Positions 1 through 9,558 of a stretch of DNA of 64,000 nt are shown in pieces. The stretch is from positions 12,404 through 76,403 of the forward strand of contig CAYTKF010000002.1 of NCBI GenBank assembly GCA_964438405.1. Reading direction: 5' to 3'. Source of the stretch: an uncultured Candidatus Saccharibacteria bacterium (GTDB lineage Bacteria; Patescibacteriota; Minisyncoccia; UBA9983). A program made the translations under genes and the position numbers. Below the pieces are notes generated by a model. It saw only the letters and a list, made by a program, of their open reading frames with translations. It did not search any database and had not been told where the DNA came from. Each line of letters opens with the position of its first letter. The first letter of the stretch is position 1.

Positions 1-89
1 AAATAAAACCAGAAGTGAACCCGATTGAGGGCGGAAATATAGAAAGTCCTAAAGCGTAATTGTATTTACTTTGTAAATTCATAATTGAA

Positions 90-109
90 TGCCGCCAAAG
101 AAAAACTTG
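90..109 (+). repeat. 20-bp direct repeat, copy 1 (TGCCGCCAAAGAAAAACTTG), followed by GC-rich hairpins to about 210
   Basis: Identical 20-mer at 1096-1115; palindrome TCCGCCAGCTGGCGGA at about 146-161. Confidence 0.85.
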
Positions 110-425
110 GAAATTGTCAGCGGTGCGGCTCCGCCGCCTTTCCGTCCGCCAGCTGGCGGATTCGCGGGGGGACTTCCTCGCCGCCTGCGGCGGCGAAAGC
201 GGTTCGGACTAATTCAAGTATTCTGCAAAAATACAGGTTATGATATAATAAAAACATCGGCTCGCCTGCCCGCCTCTGGAGAGAACCATATTTTAATTTT
301 GGGAAAAGAAAATTTTTTAAGCATTGAATTCATAAGATTTTTGACAAGAAACAGCAGAAGTGCTGTTTTTTTAATTATCATTGTTTTCATTGATTTTTTG
401 TAGTATTCTTCCCATAGGAGGGTTT

Positions 426-917
426 ATGAAAACCTTGTTCGTTATCGCAACGTTTTTCTCGCTCACCGGACAAGCGTTCGCTTGCAGTTGTTTGGCACCG
501 AAGGTGTCAGACACTCTGAAGTGGGCAGATGTGGTGTTTTCGGGTGAGGTTATCAAGGTCCAATACGTGGACGCCAAGACCGAGAACATTTTCAACGAGC
601 CGCGGATCATCGTGACATTTAATGTTTCGGATTCGTGGAAGGGTAAAGTTCAGAAAACGATGACGCTTCACACCCGCTATAATATGACTTCATGTAGTGG
701 GCTGATCGTCAAAGAAGGCGATCGGTTTCTCATCTACGCTAAGCGTGTGAAGGCGGGGAATTGGCTTGGACGAGGCGGTGCGCTCAATGGCATCACTTTG
801 CCGAAGCCAGAAGACGATATCCTTCAACCCGGCATTTGTAACAGAAGTGGCCTTCTGGCCGACGCCGACGAGGATCTGAAGGCGCTCGGCCGATCGAAAG
901 CTCCTACCGATAACTAG
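426..917 (+). CDS. Secreted hypothetical protein with N-terminal ACSC motif (TIMP/NTR-like)
   Basis: AGGAGG before ATG 426; signal peptide ending AFA-CSC; DVVFSGEV; GC-richer than flanks. Confidence 0.7.
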   Translation: MKTLFVIATFFSLTGQAFACSCLAPKVSDTLKWADVVFSGEVIKVQYVDAKTENIFNEPRIIVTFNVSDSWKGKVQKTMTLHTRYNMTSCSGLIVKEGDRFLIYAKRVKAGNWLGRGGALNGITLPKPEDDILQPGICNRSGLLADADEDLKALGRSKAPTDN

Positions 918-946
918 ACGCGGTGGTTGTAGCCGCGCATCAGATC

Positions 947-985
947 GGGTCGCTCCGCGATAATCTCAACGAGCGGCCCTTTTTC
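947..985 (+). terminator. Rho-independent terminator
   Basis: GGGTCGCTC...GAGCGGCCC followed by T-run. Confidence 0.6.
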
Positions 986-1066
986 TTTTCAAAGAACAAG
1001 CAATTTGCCTCTAAAGCTAAAATTCGTTAGAATTTTAGTAGTTCGTCCCCTGAACTGCATTTTTCT

Positions 1067-1120
1067 GAAGCCCAAATGGTTGAGCTCAAAGAATTTGCCG
1101 CCAAAGAAAAACTTGAAATT
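1067..1120 (+). pseudogene. Short relic resembling the N-terminal part of a serine recombinase; contains direct repeat copy 2
   Basis: Reads EAQMVELKEFAAKEKLEI, like the SIEAQ..L..FA..E.L.I segment of resolvase-family proteins; no full ORF. Confidence 0.5.
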
Positions 1121-1152
1121 GCAATTTTATTTATTTTTGCTATAATATAGCC

Positions 1153-1594
1153 AGTTTTACATCGGGTGGTTGCCCGCCGAAGAGGCGGGAGGAAAGTCCG
1201 AACATCCGCGCATTTGCTTTGCAAATGCTAATCTTAAAAATCAAAAATCAAATCTCAAATCTTTTTGAGATTTTAGATTTAAGATTTTATTTTAGCGCGA
1301 GCGAAGTGAGCGCGACAATGGCAGTGGCTAACAGCCACGATTCAAAAAAGAAATTTTTTGAGTACAGACAGCGCAACAGAAAATATACAGCTTCAATATT
1401 AAGTTGGAGCAATGGTGAAATCGTGCATTAAGAGTGCACGCGTTGATATGGCAACATATCATTGTGGCAAACACTTGCCTGATGCAAGGCCGAATCCGCC
1501 TCATCGGCGGAGGTGCCGCTTGAGCCGTCAAGTAATTGATGAGCCTAGATAAATAACCACACAAAAACAGAATTCGGCTTATAGATGTAAAACT
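1153..1594 (+). ncRNA. rnpB: RNase P RNA with an internal repeat insertion
   Basis: GAGGAAAGTCC near 1189, AAACAGAATTCGGCTTAT near the 3' end, P1 pairing AGTTTTACATC/GATGTAAAACT. Confidence 0.93.
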
Positions 1595-1603
1595 AAATAT
1601 ATG

Positions 1604-1635
1604 AAAACCCCGTCGCTCGCGAGCGACGGGGTTTT
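1604..1635. terminator. Perfect 32-bp palindrome, bidirectional terminator
   Basis: AAAACCCCGTCGCTCG|CGAGCGACGGGGTTTT between convergent rnpB and the HTH gene. Confidence 0.8.
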
Positions 1636-1639
1636 ATTT

Positions 1640-1855
1640 CTAATCTTCTATCAATTTTATTTTTAATTTTCTTGGTTTGTTCTTTTCTATTCTTTCCAAA
1701 AATTTTTCCAAATCAGCCCGGCGATAAAGTCTATAATTATTAACAGGATGCCGGTGAGCCGCCAATTGTCCCTTTTTATCCCAATTTCTAAGGGTTAATT
1801 CGGAAATCCCCAAAAATTCCGCTGCCTCCTTGATTCTTAGGTAATTCTTCCACAT
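1640..1855 (-). CDS. MerR-family HTH DNA-binding protein
   Basis: LRIKEAAEFLGISELTLRNWDKKG..RHPVNNYRLY. Confidence 0.85.
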   Translation of the reverse strand: MWKNYLRIKEAAEFLGISELTLRNWDKKGQLAAHRHPVNNYRLYRRADLEKFLERIEKNKPRKLKIKLIED

Positions 1856-1866
1856 AATTAGAGTAT

Positions 1867-4230
1867 ATGGAAAATATTATCAAAAGACAACTCAATTTAG
1901 AAAGAGTGTCGTTTTTAATTATCAGTATTGTAATTTTTCTATTACCAGTTTTCGTTTTACCTTGGCAAAATACGGCCTTTGGTTTAGGCAAATCTTATCT
2001 GTTTTATGGAGGCATTTTGATTTGTTTTTTCTTCTGGCTTTCCTCTTCTTTACAAAAAGGTGAAATCACAATAGCCAAAAGCATTCTCTTTTTGGCCGGG
2101 GTTGGTTTAATTTTGGCATGGCTGTTTTCTTCAATTTTTTCTCCCAACAAACTTTTTTCTCTTATTGGCCAAGGATACGAGACAGATACTTTCGCATTCT
2201 TTCTAATTTCTGTTGTCGCGCTTTTTCTCGTAGCACAGCTTTTTAATTCAGAAAAAAGGGGTTTGATTTTTTACCTTTTAATTCTGGGCTCTGGCATTTT
2301 GGTTTTTCTATTTCAGCTTTTCCATGTTGTTTTTAAATTTGACCTCTTGCCGTTTAAGATTTTTACAAACCCTGTTTCCAATCTCATAGGCGGCTGGAAC
2401 GACTTAGGCATATTTTTCGGATTTGTCTGTTTGGTGTCATTAATCCTTTTTGAACTTTATAAAACAAACAAACTGCAGAGAATTTTATTCCTGATTAGTA
2501 TATTTCTGTCTTTATTGGCCATGGCGGTTGTTAATTTTTTTACCGGTTGGATAATCTTCGGCGTTTTCGCATTTGCTCTTTTTATTTATATATTCTCTCG
2601 TTCCTTCCAGCCCAACAATGATTTGACTGGTGTCCAACCAAGAGGTAATAATATTTTGCGTCTTTCTTTCTTTGTTTTTTTGATAGTCTTATCTTTTATT
2701 CTCGCCTCTAATACAATTGGCCAATTAAGCAATGCCATAGGCATAAACTATATTGAAGTCGGGCCTTCCTGGCAGGCAACCATAAATGTTATTAAAGAAA
2801 CCCTTAAGACAGACCCCATTACAGGATCCGGTCCCAATACCTTTGTTTATGATTGGCTTAGATATAAACCCCTGGCGGTGAATTCAACAATTTTTTGGAA
2901 TTTAAGATTTTCTTCCGGCGTAGGCCAAATTCCATCAATGTTTGCAACGGGCGGCGTCATAACTATTTTGGCAATTTTATTCTTTTTAGGGACAGTTGTT
3001 TTTTATGGATTTAAAACTTTGTCTTCCTATTATCAGAACGAATTAACAGGTGCTGTTTTAATGTCCTCTTTTTTGGGAAGTCTTTATCTGTGGTCATTTG
3101 TAATTTTTTATTCTCCTGGTTTTGTAATTTTTTCAATGGCCTTTTTAAGCACCGGTCTCTTGCTGGCGATGTTGGTCAATAGCCAGAAAATCGGGGTTAT
3201 GAAAATTTCTTTCTTAAGCAGTCCGCGCGCAGGATTTATTTCTGTTTTAAGCGTTGCCGTCTTGGTACTTGGAACAGTTTCGGCATTTTATCTTTTAATT
3301 CAGAAAGTCCAGGCCTCTTATCTTTATGAAAAAGCAACAGCTCCCTTGAACACCATGGCTGATGTTGATAGTGCGCAAAATTATTTATCAAGGGCAGTAA
3401 ATTTAGACAGCCAGGATTATTACCTTCGTTCTCTGGCTGAGATTGATTTGATTAAAATGCAGCAGGCGATATCTGACACAAGCCTTAGTCAGGACCAGGC
3501 AAGGACTAATTTTCAAAATGCTTTGGCATCGGCAATTCAAAATGCGCAGTCAGCCGTCCAAAGCAATATTCAGGAACCTCTTAACTGGCTGGAGCTCGGC
3601 CGAGTGTACGAATCTATCATTCCGCTTAAAATAACAGGCGCGGACACAATGGCTCTTAATTCTTATTCTGAGGCGTCTAAATATTCTCCCTTTGATCCCT
3701 CTGTTCTTTTGGCATCCGCTCGAGTCAAAATACAGATGCAAAATAATGATGATGCCAAAAAGCTTTTGGAATCAGCCATAAATATTAAAAATGATTATGC
3801 GCCGGCAATATTTCTGTTGAGCCAAATAGAGGCGCAGGCCGGCAATATAAAGGGCGCCATCAGCCATACTGAGCAGACGGCAATGCTGGCACCCAATGAC
3901 ATAGGAGTTCTTTTCCAGCTTGGACTTTTATATTATCAGGATAATAATTTTGACGGAGCAAGAATTGTTCTTGAAAGGGCAGTCAGTATTAACAGCGAAT
4001 ATGCCAATGCCAGATATTTTCTGGGTTTGGCTTATGACAAGCTGGGGCAGAAAAATGATGCTCTTGAACAATTTACAGTCATCAGCAAAACAAATCCAGA
4101 TAATGAAGAAATAAAAAAGATAATAGCGAATTTAACCGCCGGTAAACCAGCCCTGGATAAAATTTCTCCTCCAGCTCCGGCCCCGGAAAAAAGAAGCAGT
4201 CCGCCAATTAGTGAAAGCGGAAACAAATAA
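1867..4230 (+). CDS. Polytopic membrane protein with C-terminal TPR repeats (O-antigen ligase-like N-terminus)
   Basis: Many TM segments, GSGPNTF motif, TPRs (LFQLGLLYY, ARYFLGLAY). Confidence 0.8.
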   Translation: MENIIKRQLNLERVSFLIISIVIFLLPVFVLPWQNTAFGLGKSYLFYGGILICFFFWLSSSLQKGEITIAKSILFLAGVGLILAWLFSSIFSPNKLFSLIGQGYETDTFAFFLISVVALFLVAQLFNSEKRGLIFYLLILGSGILVFLFQLFHVVFKFDLLPFKIFTNPVSNLIGGWNDLGIFFGFVCLVSLILFELYKTNKLQRILFLISIFLSLLAMAVVNFFTGWIIFGVFAFALFIYIFSRSFQPNNDLTGVQPRGNNILRLSFFVFLIVLSFILASNTIGQLSNAIGINYIEVGPSWQATINVIKETLKTDPITGSGPNTFVYDWLRYKPLAVNSTIFWNLRFSSGVGQIPSMFATGGVITILAILFFLGTVVFYGFKTLSSYYQNELTGAVLMSSFLGSLYLWSFVIFYSPGFVIFSMAFLSTGLLLAMLVNSQKIGVMKISFLSSPRAGFISVLSVAVLVLGTVSAFYLLIQKVQASYLYEKATAPLNTMADVDSAQNYLSRAVNLDSQDYYLRSLAEIDLIKMQQAISDTSLSQDQARTNFQNALASAIQNAQSAVQSNIQEPLNWLELGRVYESIIPLKITGADTMALNSYSEASKYSPFDPSVLLASARVKIQMQNNDDAKKLLESAINIKNDYAPAIFLLSQIEAQAGNIKGAISHTEQTAMLAPNDIGVLFQLGLLYYQDNNFDGARIVLERAVSINSEYANARYFLGLAYDKLGQKNDALEQFTVISKTNPDNEEIKKIIANLTAGKPALDKISPPAPAPEKRSSPPISESGNK

Positions 4231-4239
4231 AAAATAACC

Positions 4240-5919
4240 GTGATAAAAAGAATTTTTGATCTTTTTAATCAGGAACTTAGCGGCCTGCATAAGGCCGCTA
4301 TGGTTTTGGCTGTTTCGTCTTTTGCCTCAGGCCTTCTGGCTCTTTTTAGGGACAGGCTTTTGGCAGGCACATTCGGCGCAGGCAGGTTTCTTGATGTTTA
4401 TTACGCCTCTTTTAAAATTCCAGATTTTTTATACACGATTTCTTTGGTAATAATTTCCGTTAATGTTTTGATACCTTCTTTTCTGGAAAAACTTTCTCAG
4501 TCTTCGCATGAGGCAAAAAAATTTTTTGATAACATTTTTTCCATTTTTTTGTTTGCGATTATTGTTTTAACCGGGATTACGTTTTTTTTAACTCCACAAT
4601 TGACCAATATTATTGCCCCGGGTTTTTCTGTTGAAGAAAAAAGACAGCTTATATTAATGGCCAGAATTCTTCTTCTGTCGCCGTTTTTGTTGGGTATTTC
4701 CAATTTATTTTCCGGCATAGTGCAATCTTTTAACAGGTTTTATGTTTATGCCCTGAGCCCGATTTTATATAATTTCGGCATAATTCTCGGCATTTTGTTT
4801 TTTTATCCGTATTTCGGAATTACGGGTCTGGCATTAGGCGTTGGTCTGGGAGCTCTTCTTCACGCCGGAGTGCAGATTCCAAGCATAATCAGTTCCGGTT
4901 TTGTTCCCAAAATTAAATTTAAACTGGATTTTAAAGAGGCGTGGAAGACTATCAAACTTTCTATTCCACGCACGCTCGGCTTGGGCATCAATCAGCTGGT
5001 TTTAATTTTTATAACAGCCTCTGCCTCTCTTTTTGCCGCGGGAAGTATCGCTGTTTTTAATATTTCCTATAATCTGCAGAGCGTGCCCATGGCCATAATC
5101 GGCATAAGCTACAGCGTGGCGGCCTTTCCCACACTTGCAAAACTTTTTGTATCAAACAAAAAAAAAGAATTTATAGAACACGCTGTCACGGCCATGCGCC
5201 AGATAATCTTTTGGTCTATCCCCGTGACAATTATTTTAATAGTTTTGCGTGCCCAGATCGTCAGAGTAATTTTTGGGTATGGCAATTTTGATTGGCAGGA
5301 TACGCGTCTCACCGCTGCCGGCCTGGCAATTTTTACTGTTTCTCTTTTGGCCCAGTCGCTGGTGGTGCTTTTTGTGAGAGCCTTTTACGCCGCAGGAAAA
5401 ACGTTAAAGCCCCTGATTATAAATGTTATTTCGTCAGTATTTATAATCGGCGGTTCTCTTTTGGCAGCCAATGTTCCCGGTATTGTAAATTTTGTTAAAC
5501 CATATATTGAAAATATTTTAAGAGTGAAAGATGTACCTGGTACAGAAATGCTTCTTCTACCAATATTTTTTTCCTTGGGCACCATAATCAACGCCTGCAT
5601 ACTCATAAAAATGTTTGCCAAAGAAGTCGAGCCGGTCTGGCATTACGTCCGGAAAACTTTTTTTGAGATTGTTGTTGCCTCGCTGGTCATGGGAATGGTG
5701 ACCTATGCCTCGCTTAATTTTTTGGACAAACTTTTTAATATTCAGACATTTATAGGAATTTTTCTGCAGGGATTTGTGTCAGCGTTATTCGGCCTGGGAT
5801 TCTGGTTTGGCGTTCTGCGTTCTGCAAAAAATAAAGAACTGGAAGAAATTATTTCCTCTCTCAAACAAAAATTCTGGAAAACTCCGGCCATTGCACCAGA
5901 ACCGGAAGAACTGCCATAG
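4240..5919 (+). CDS. murJ: Lipid II flippase MurJ/MviN
   Basis: RDRLLAGTFGAG, DVYYASFKIPD, RAFYA, about 14 TM segments. Confidence 0.9.
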   Translation: MIKRIFDLFNQELSGLHKAAMVLAVSSFASGLLALFRDRLLAGTFGAGRFLDVYYASFKIPDFLYTISLVIISVNVLIPSFLEKLSQSSHEAKKFFDNIFSIFLFAIIVLTGITFFLTPQLTNIIAPGFSVEEKRQLILMARILLLSPFLLGISNLFSGIVQSFNRFYVYALSPILYNFGIILGILFFYPYFGITGLALGVGLGALLHAGVQIPSIISSGFVPKIKFKLDFKEAWKTIKLSIPRTLGLGINQLVLIFITASASLFAAGSIAVFNISYNLQSVPMAIIGISYSVAAFPTLAKLFVSNKKKEFIEHAVTAMRQIIFWSIPVTIILIVLRAQIVRVIFGYGNFDWQDTRLTAAGLAIFTVSLLAQSLVVLFVRAFYAAGKTLKPLIINVISSVFIIGGSLLAANVPGIVNFVKPYIENILRVKDVPGTEMLLLPIFFSLGTIINACILIKMFAKEVEPVWHYVRKTFFEIVVASLVMGMVTYASLNFLDKLFNIQTFIGIFLQGFVSALFGLGFWFGVLRSAKNKELEEIISSLKQKFWKTPAIAPEPEELP

Positions 5920-5970
5920 GGTTGACAGAAAATTTGTTTTGATTTAATATACCAAACGGAGGTGGACAAT

Positions 5971-6681
5971 ATGTCCTTTAAAACCAAGAGGTTTGTTGAG
6001 TTCAATTTTGTTGTCTCTACAGAAGAACTTGGGCGTTGTCTTATCGATGAGTTAGGACAGGTAGTAAAACACCTACAACTTCTTGATAACGAAGGTCTTA
6101 AGTCAATAACAAAACGCTCTTTGAGCGGAAGCTTGAGATTGGAAAAGAGTGGGGTAGGACTAACCCTTTCTTTCTGTGAGGAAAAACAAACAGAAACGTC
6201 CAAAATAATGGCTACTTTCTGTGAAGAGACAGAAACATCTAAATTGGCTAGCTCTTTGAGTTTTTTTGCATCTGAACTTAAGGCATTACAAGAGAAGTAT
6301 TTTAGTTTGGTTAGCGGGACCATCGAGGGTAAATTTGTTTTGGCTGGTCCGGAATCACCGGGACCAGTTGAACAAGCGATTGCTGAACTTCCGCGACTTC
6401 CCGAAGAACTTCAAGAAGAGCAAGAAATTGACATGTCACGGTTTCCCAACTGGAATGGTTCACAAAAAGACCTGAAAACACTTCTTGCAACTCCATGGGA
6501 GAACAAGATGGAAGTAACTGTTAGGACATACAATCGTTTCAAAGATAACAACATTAGAACGATCGGCGATGTTGTTAAAAAAACAGAGGGTCAACTTTTG
6601 AACATAAAACATTTCGGCCACAAATCACTTAATGAAGTGAAAGGATGTTTGGAGCAAGTTGGTCTTAATCTGAAATCTTAG
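5971..6681 (+). CDS. Hypothetical protein with C-terminal RNA polymerase alpha-CTD-like domain
   Basis: VTVRTYNRFKDNNIRTIGDVVKKTEGQLLNIKHFGHKSLNEV..LEQVGLNL; GGAGG before ATG 5971. Confidence 0.8.
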   Translation: MSFKTKRFVEFNFVVSTEELGRCLIDELGQVVKHLQLLDNEGLKSITKRSLSGSLRLEKSGVGLTLSFCEEKQTETSKIMATFCEETETSKLASSLSFFASELKALQEKYFSLVSGTIEGKFVLAGPESPGPVEQAIAELPRLPEELQEEQEIDMSRFPNWNGSQKDLKTLLATPWENKMEVTVRTYNRFKDNNIRTIGDVVKKTEGQLLNIKHFGHKSLNEVKGCLEQVGLNLKS

Positions 6682-6830
6682 TTGTTGTTCGTTCGTCGCC
6701 CGAATCTGAAAAGAGGAGGGCTTTTTGTTTGGTAAATTTTTTAAAAAACCGACTCTTATTTGCTATAGCTGATAAGAGTATAAAATTTAAAATTTGCTGA
6801 AAGTGTTAAAATAAATTAGTATTTATAATA

Positions 6831-9050
6831 ATGGAAGTTAAGAATATTCGGAATTTTTCCATTATTGCACATATTGACCACGGTAAGTCCACGTTGGCGG
6901 ATAGGTTTTTGGAAATCACTAAAACTGTCGAAAAAAGAAAAATGAAAGAGCAGTTTTTGGACCAGATGGAGCTGGAAAGAGAACGTGGAATAACTATTAA
7001 GATGCAACCCGTCAGAATGCTTTATAGCACGCGGATAGACGCGGATAAAGACGCAGATAAACGCGGATTACTATATGAAGATTTGACCTATAAATTAAGG
7101 GGCATGTTTTTTAATGTCTATAATAAACTTGGCCCGGGACACAAAAAGAATATCTATAGTAATGCCCTGGAAAAAGAGTTAATTAACAAGAACTTAAAAT
7201 TTGACAAAGAAAAAACAATGGAAGTTTTATATGACAATGAACAGGTTGGAATTTACAGACCAGATTTTGTTATTGAAGATAAAATTATTATCGAATTAAA
7301 AGCGCTACCCTTTATTGGTAAGTTAGAAAAAAAACAGATTTGGCATTATCTAAAAGGTTCAAATTACAGATTGGCATTATTGGTAAATTTTGGCGGAAGA
7401 GAATTACAAATAGAACGTATAATTTATGATAATATCCGCGACAATCAGCGTAATAATCAGCAAGAATCTGTGTATATTCTAAATTTGATTGACACTCCTG
7501 GGCATATTGATTTTTCATATGAGGTTTCGCGGGCGTTAAAGGCGGTTGAAGGCGCTGTGCTTCTTGTTGACGCCACTCAGGGCGTGCAGGCCCAGACAAT
7601 CGCCAACGTGGAAACGGCAAAATCTTTGGGTCTGACTATTATTCCAGTAATTAATAAAATAGATTTGGCATCAGCAATGATAGAAGAAACAAAAGAAGAA
7701 ATAAAAAAATTACTGGGCGAAACAGATATTTTGGAAGTGTCAGCCAAAAGCGGTCAGGGAGTGGAAGATTTGCTTCAAAAAATAATAAAAAGAGTGCCAG
7801 CGCCAAAATTTGAAAACGAATCTAGCCCTCGTGCCCTTGTTTTTGATTTTGAATATTCCAGCCATCAGGGAATTATTGCTTATATCAGAATGATAGACGG
7901 AGAAATAAAAAAAGGAGATGAACTTCTGCTTTCGCAGACAAAAGAAAAATTTGTTGTTGCCGAAACCGGAATTTTTCTGCCCAACCGGAATCCGGTTTTG
8001 AAATTAAGTGCGGGTGAAATCGGCTATATTGTTACAAATATTAAAAAGCCAAATGTGGCTGTTGTCGGAGATACTGTCATATCACAAAAAAATACACTGG
8101 CGCCTCTTTCTGGTTATCTTCAACCCAAGCCTGTTGTCTGGGCAAGCATATATCCTGAATCTCAGGATGATTTTGATGCGTTTAAACAAGCTCTGGAGAG
8201 ATTACGGCTCTCTGATAGTTCATTAAGTTTTGAGGAGGAGAATAATGGCGCATTGGGTCGTGGATTTAAATGCGGTTTTTTAGGCATGCTGCATTTGGAA
8301 ATTATCACAGAACGTTTGCGCCGCGAATTTAATCTTAAATTAATAACAGCGTCACCGACAGTCACTTATATGCTTGAACTTAAAGATAGTTCCCCAAAAG
8401 AAATTTATTCGCCGATTTCTTTTCCCGAGGAACATCTCATAAAAAAAATTTCAGAGCAATGGGCAGAATTGCAGATCATGGTTCCGTCGGAAAAAATGGG
8501 ATTGATTTTCCCTGTGCTTTACGACCACGAGGCTGAAGTTGGGGACACGGAAAAATTCGGAGAAAATCACACTCTTATAAAAGCCAAGATGCCGTTAAGA
8601 GAATTAATGCGTAATTTTTTTGATGAGCTCAAAAGCGCCACTTCCGGATATGGTTCTCTGGGGTATAAAATTTTGGGTTTTCAAGAAACGCCCCCGGGCA
8701 AAATAGTCCGTTTGGATATTTGGGTGGCAGACGAAATCATGCCGGTTTTTTCCCGTATAATAAGTAGAGAAAGAGTGGAATATGAATCCAGAAGAATCGT
8801 TGAAAAACTGGCGGAAATTATTCCCCGTCAGCTTTTTACAATAAAAATTCAGGCCAAGGCTCTGGGCAGAATTATTGCCTCGCGCTCCATTTCCGCTCTT
8901 AAAAAAGATGTCACCGGCTATCTTTACGGCGGAGACAGAACGCGCAAGATGAAACTTTGGCAGAAGCAGAAGCGCGGAAAAAAGAGAATGAAAGAATTTG
9001 GAAAGGTTAATATTCCCTCAGATGTTTTTATAAAGATGATGCAGAATTAA
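6831..9050 (+). CDS. lepA: Elongation factor 4 (LepA) with an in-frame insertion of about 142 aa
   Basis: IRNFSIIAHIDHGKSTLADR, RERGITIK, LNLIDTPGH, GFLGMLH, C-terminal YGGDRTRKMKL; 739 aa versus about 600. Confidence 0.97.
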   Translation: MEVKNIRNFSIIAHIDHGKSTLADRFLEITKTVEKRKMKEQFLDQMELERERGITIKMQPVRMLYSTRIDADKDADKRGLLYEDLTYKLRGMFFNVYNKLGPGHKKNIYSNALEKELINKNLKFDKEKTMEVLYDNEQVGIYRPDFVIEDKIIIELKALPFIGKLEKKQIWHYLKGSNYRLALLVNFGGRELQIERIIYDNIRDNQRNNQQESVYILNLIDTPGHIDFSYEVSRALKAVEGAVLLVDATQGVQAQTIANVETAKSLGLTIIPVINKIDLASAMIEETKEEIKKLLGETDILEVSAKSGQGVEDLLQKIIKRVPAPKFENESSPRALVFDFEYSSHQGIIAYIRMIDGEIKKGDELLLSQTKEKFVVAETGIFLPNRNPVLKLSAGEIGYIVTNIKKPNVAVVGDTVISQKNTLAPLSGYLQPKPVVWASIYPESQDDFDAFKQALERLRLSDSSLSFEEENNGALGRGFKCGFLGMLHLEIITERLRREFNLKLITASPTVTYMLELKDSSPKEIYSPISFPEEHLIKKISEQWAELQIMVPSEKMGLIFPVLYDHEAEVGDTEKFGENHTLIKAKMPLRELMRNFFDELKSATSGYGSLGYKILGFQETPPGKIVRLDIWVADEIMPVFSRIISRERVEYESRRIVEKLAEIIPRQLFTIKIQAKALGRIIASRSISALKKDVTGYLYGGDRTRKMKLWQKQKRGKKRMKEFGKVNIPSDVFIKMMQN
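7029..7473 (+). mobile_element. GxxExxY-family PD-(D/E)xK nuclease-like module with 40-nt terminal inverted repeats, in frame within lepA
   Basis: LGPGHKKNIY..AL..EL, YRPDFVIEDKIIIELKA, YLK..LALLVNFG; 4x ACGC(G/A)GAT at 7029-7068 and 4 complementary units at 7434-7473. Confidence 0.85.
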
Positions 9051-9169
9051 TTAAAAAAGGGGTATGAGCAGAAAGGCCACCATGCTTAAAACAGCAAGTA
9101 CTGATATAATTGTCCAGATTATTTGAAATTTTCTTTTTTGTTTGTTCACTGATATACTATAATAAATTT

Positions 9170-9556
9170 ATGAGCGGGTTTCAAGAGAAGAAAAACAGGG
9201 GAAAATTTATTTATTCTAAAAAATTTTTTGTTTTCTTGTTTCTTGTTTTTGTTTTTGTCGTCTATTCCACAGCCGGGGTTTATTTAAAAAGCCGCAGTGC
9301 CTCGCTTAAAAGCGATGAAATCCAGAAAGAATTGCAGGCAGCGCAGGAAAGAAAAAATAATATAGAGAATGAACTGGGCCGGCTTAACAGCCCGGCCGGC
9401 GAAGAAGAAGAAATACGCGGCAATCTTAACGTGGTAAAACCCGGAGAGAGTCTTTTGATAATCGTGGAAAAAAACAGCCAAAATGCTAATATAAATAATA
9501 ATAACAGCAATGGATTTTTTAACAGCATTATTGACTGGATAAAAAGCAAATTTTAA
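9170..9556 (+). CDS. Septum formation initiator (FtsB/DivIC-like)
   Basis: TM segment, coiled coil, EEEIRGNLNVVKPGE. Confidence 0.75.
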   Translation: MSGFQEKKNRGKFIYSKKFFVFLFLVFVFVVYSTAGVYLKSRSASLKSDEIQKELQAAQERKNNIENELGRLNSPAGEEEEIRGNLNVVKPGESLLIIVEKNSQNANINNNNSNGFFNSIIDWIKSKF

Positions 9557-9558
9557 CC

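Noticed and set aside
89-403. 104-aa ORF
   Set aside because: Translation of GC-rich palindromic repeats, not a plausible protein
1027-1564. Short ORFs overlapping rnpB
   Set aside because: Explained by the RNA gene and its repeat insert
1640-1855. IS607 element (MerR-like HTH)
   Set aside because: No attached resolvase domain or tnpB
7026-7473. Intein or group I/II intron in lepA
   Set aside because: No HINT blocks or terminal His-Asn, no LAGLIDADG or RT domain, and no recognisable intron core; the frame is continuous
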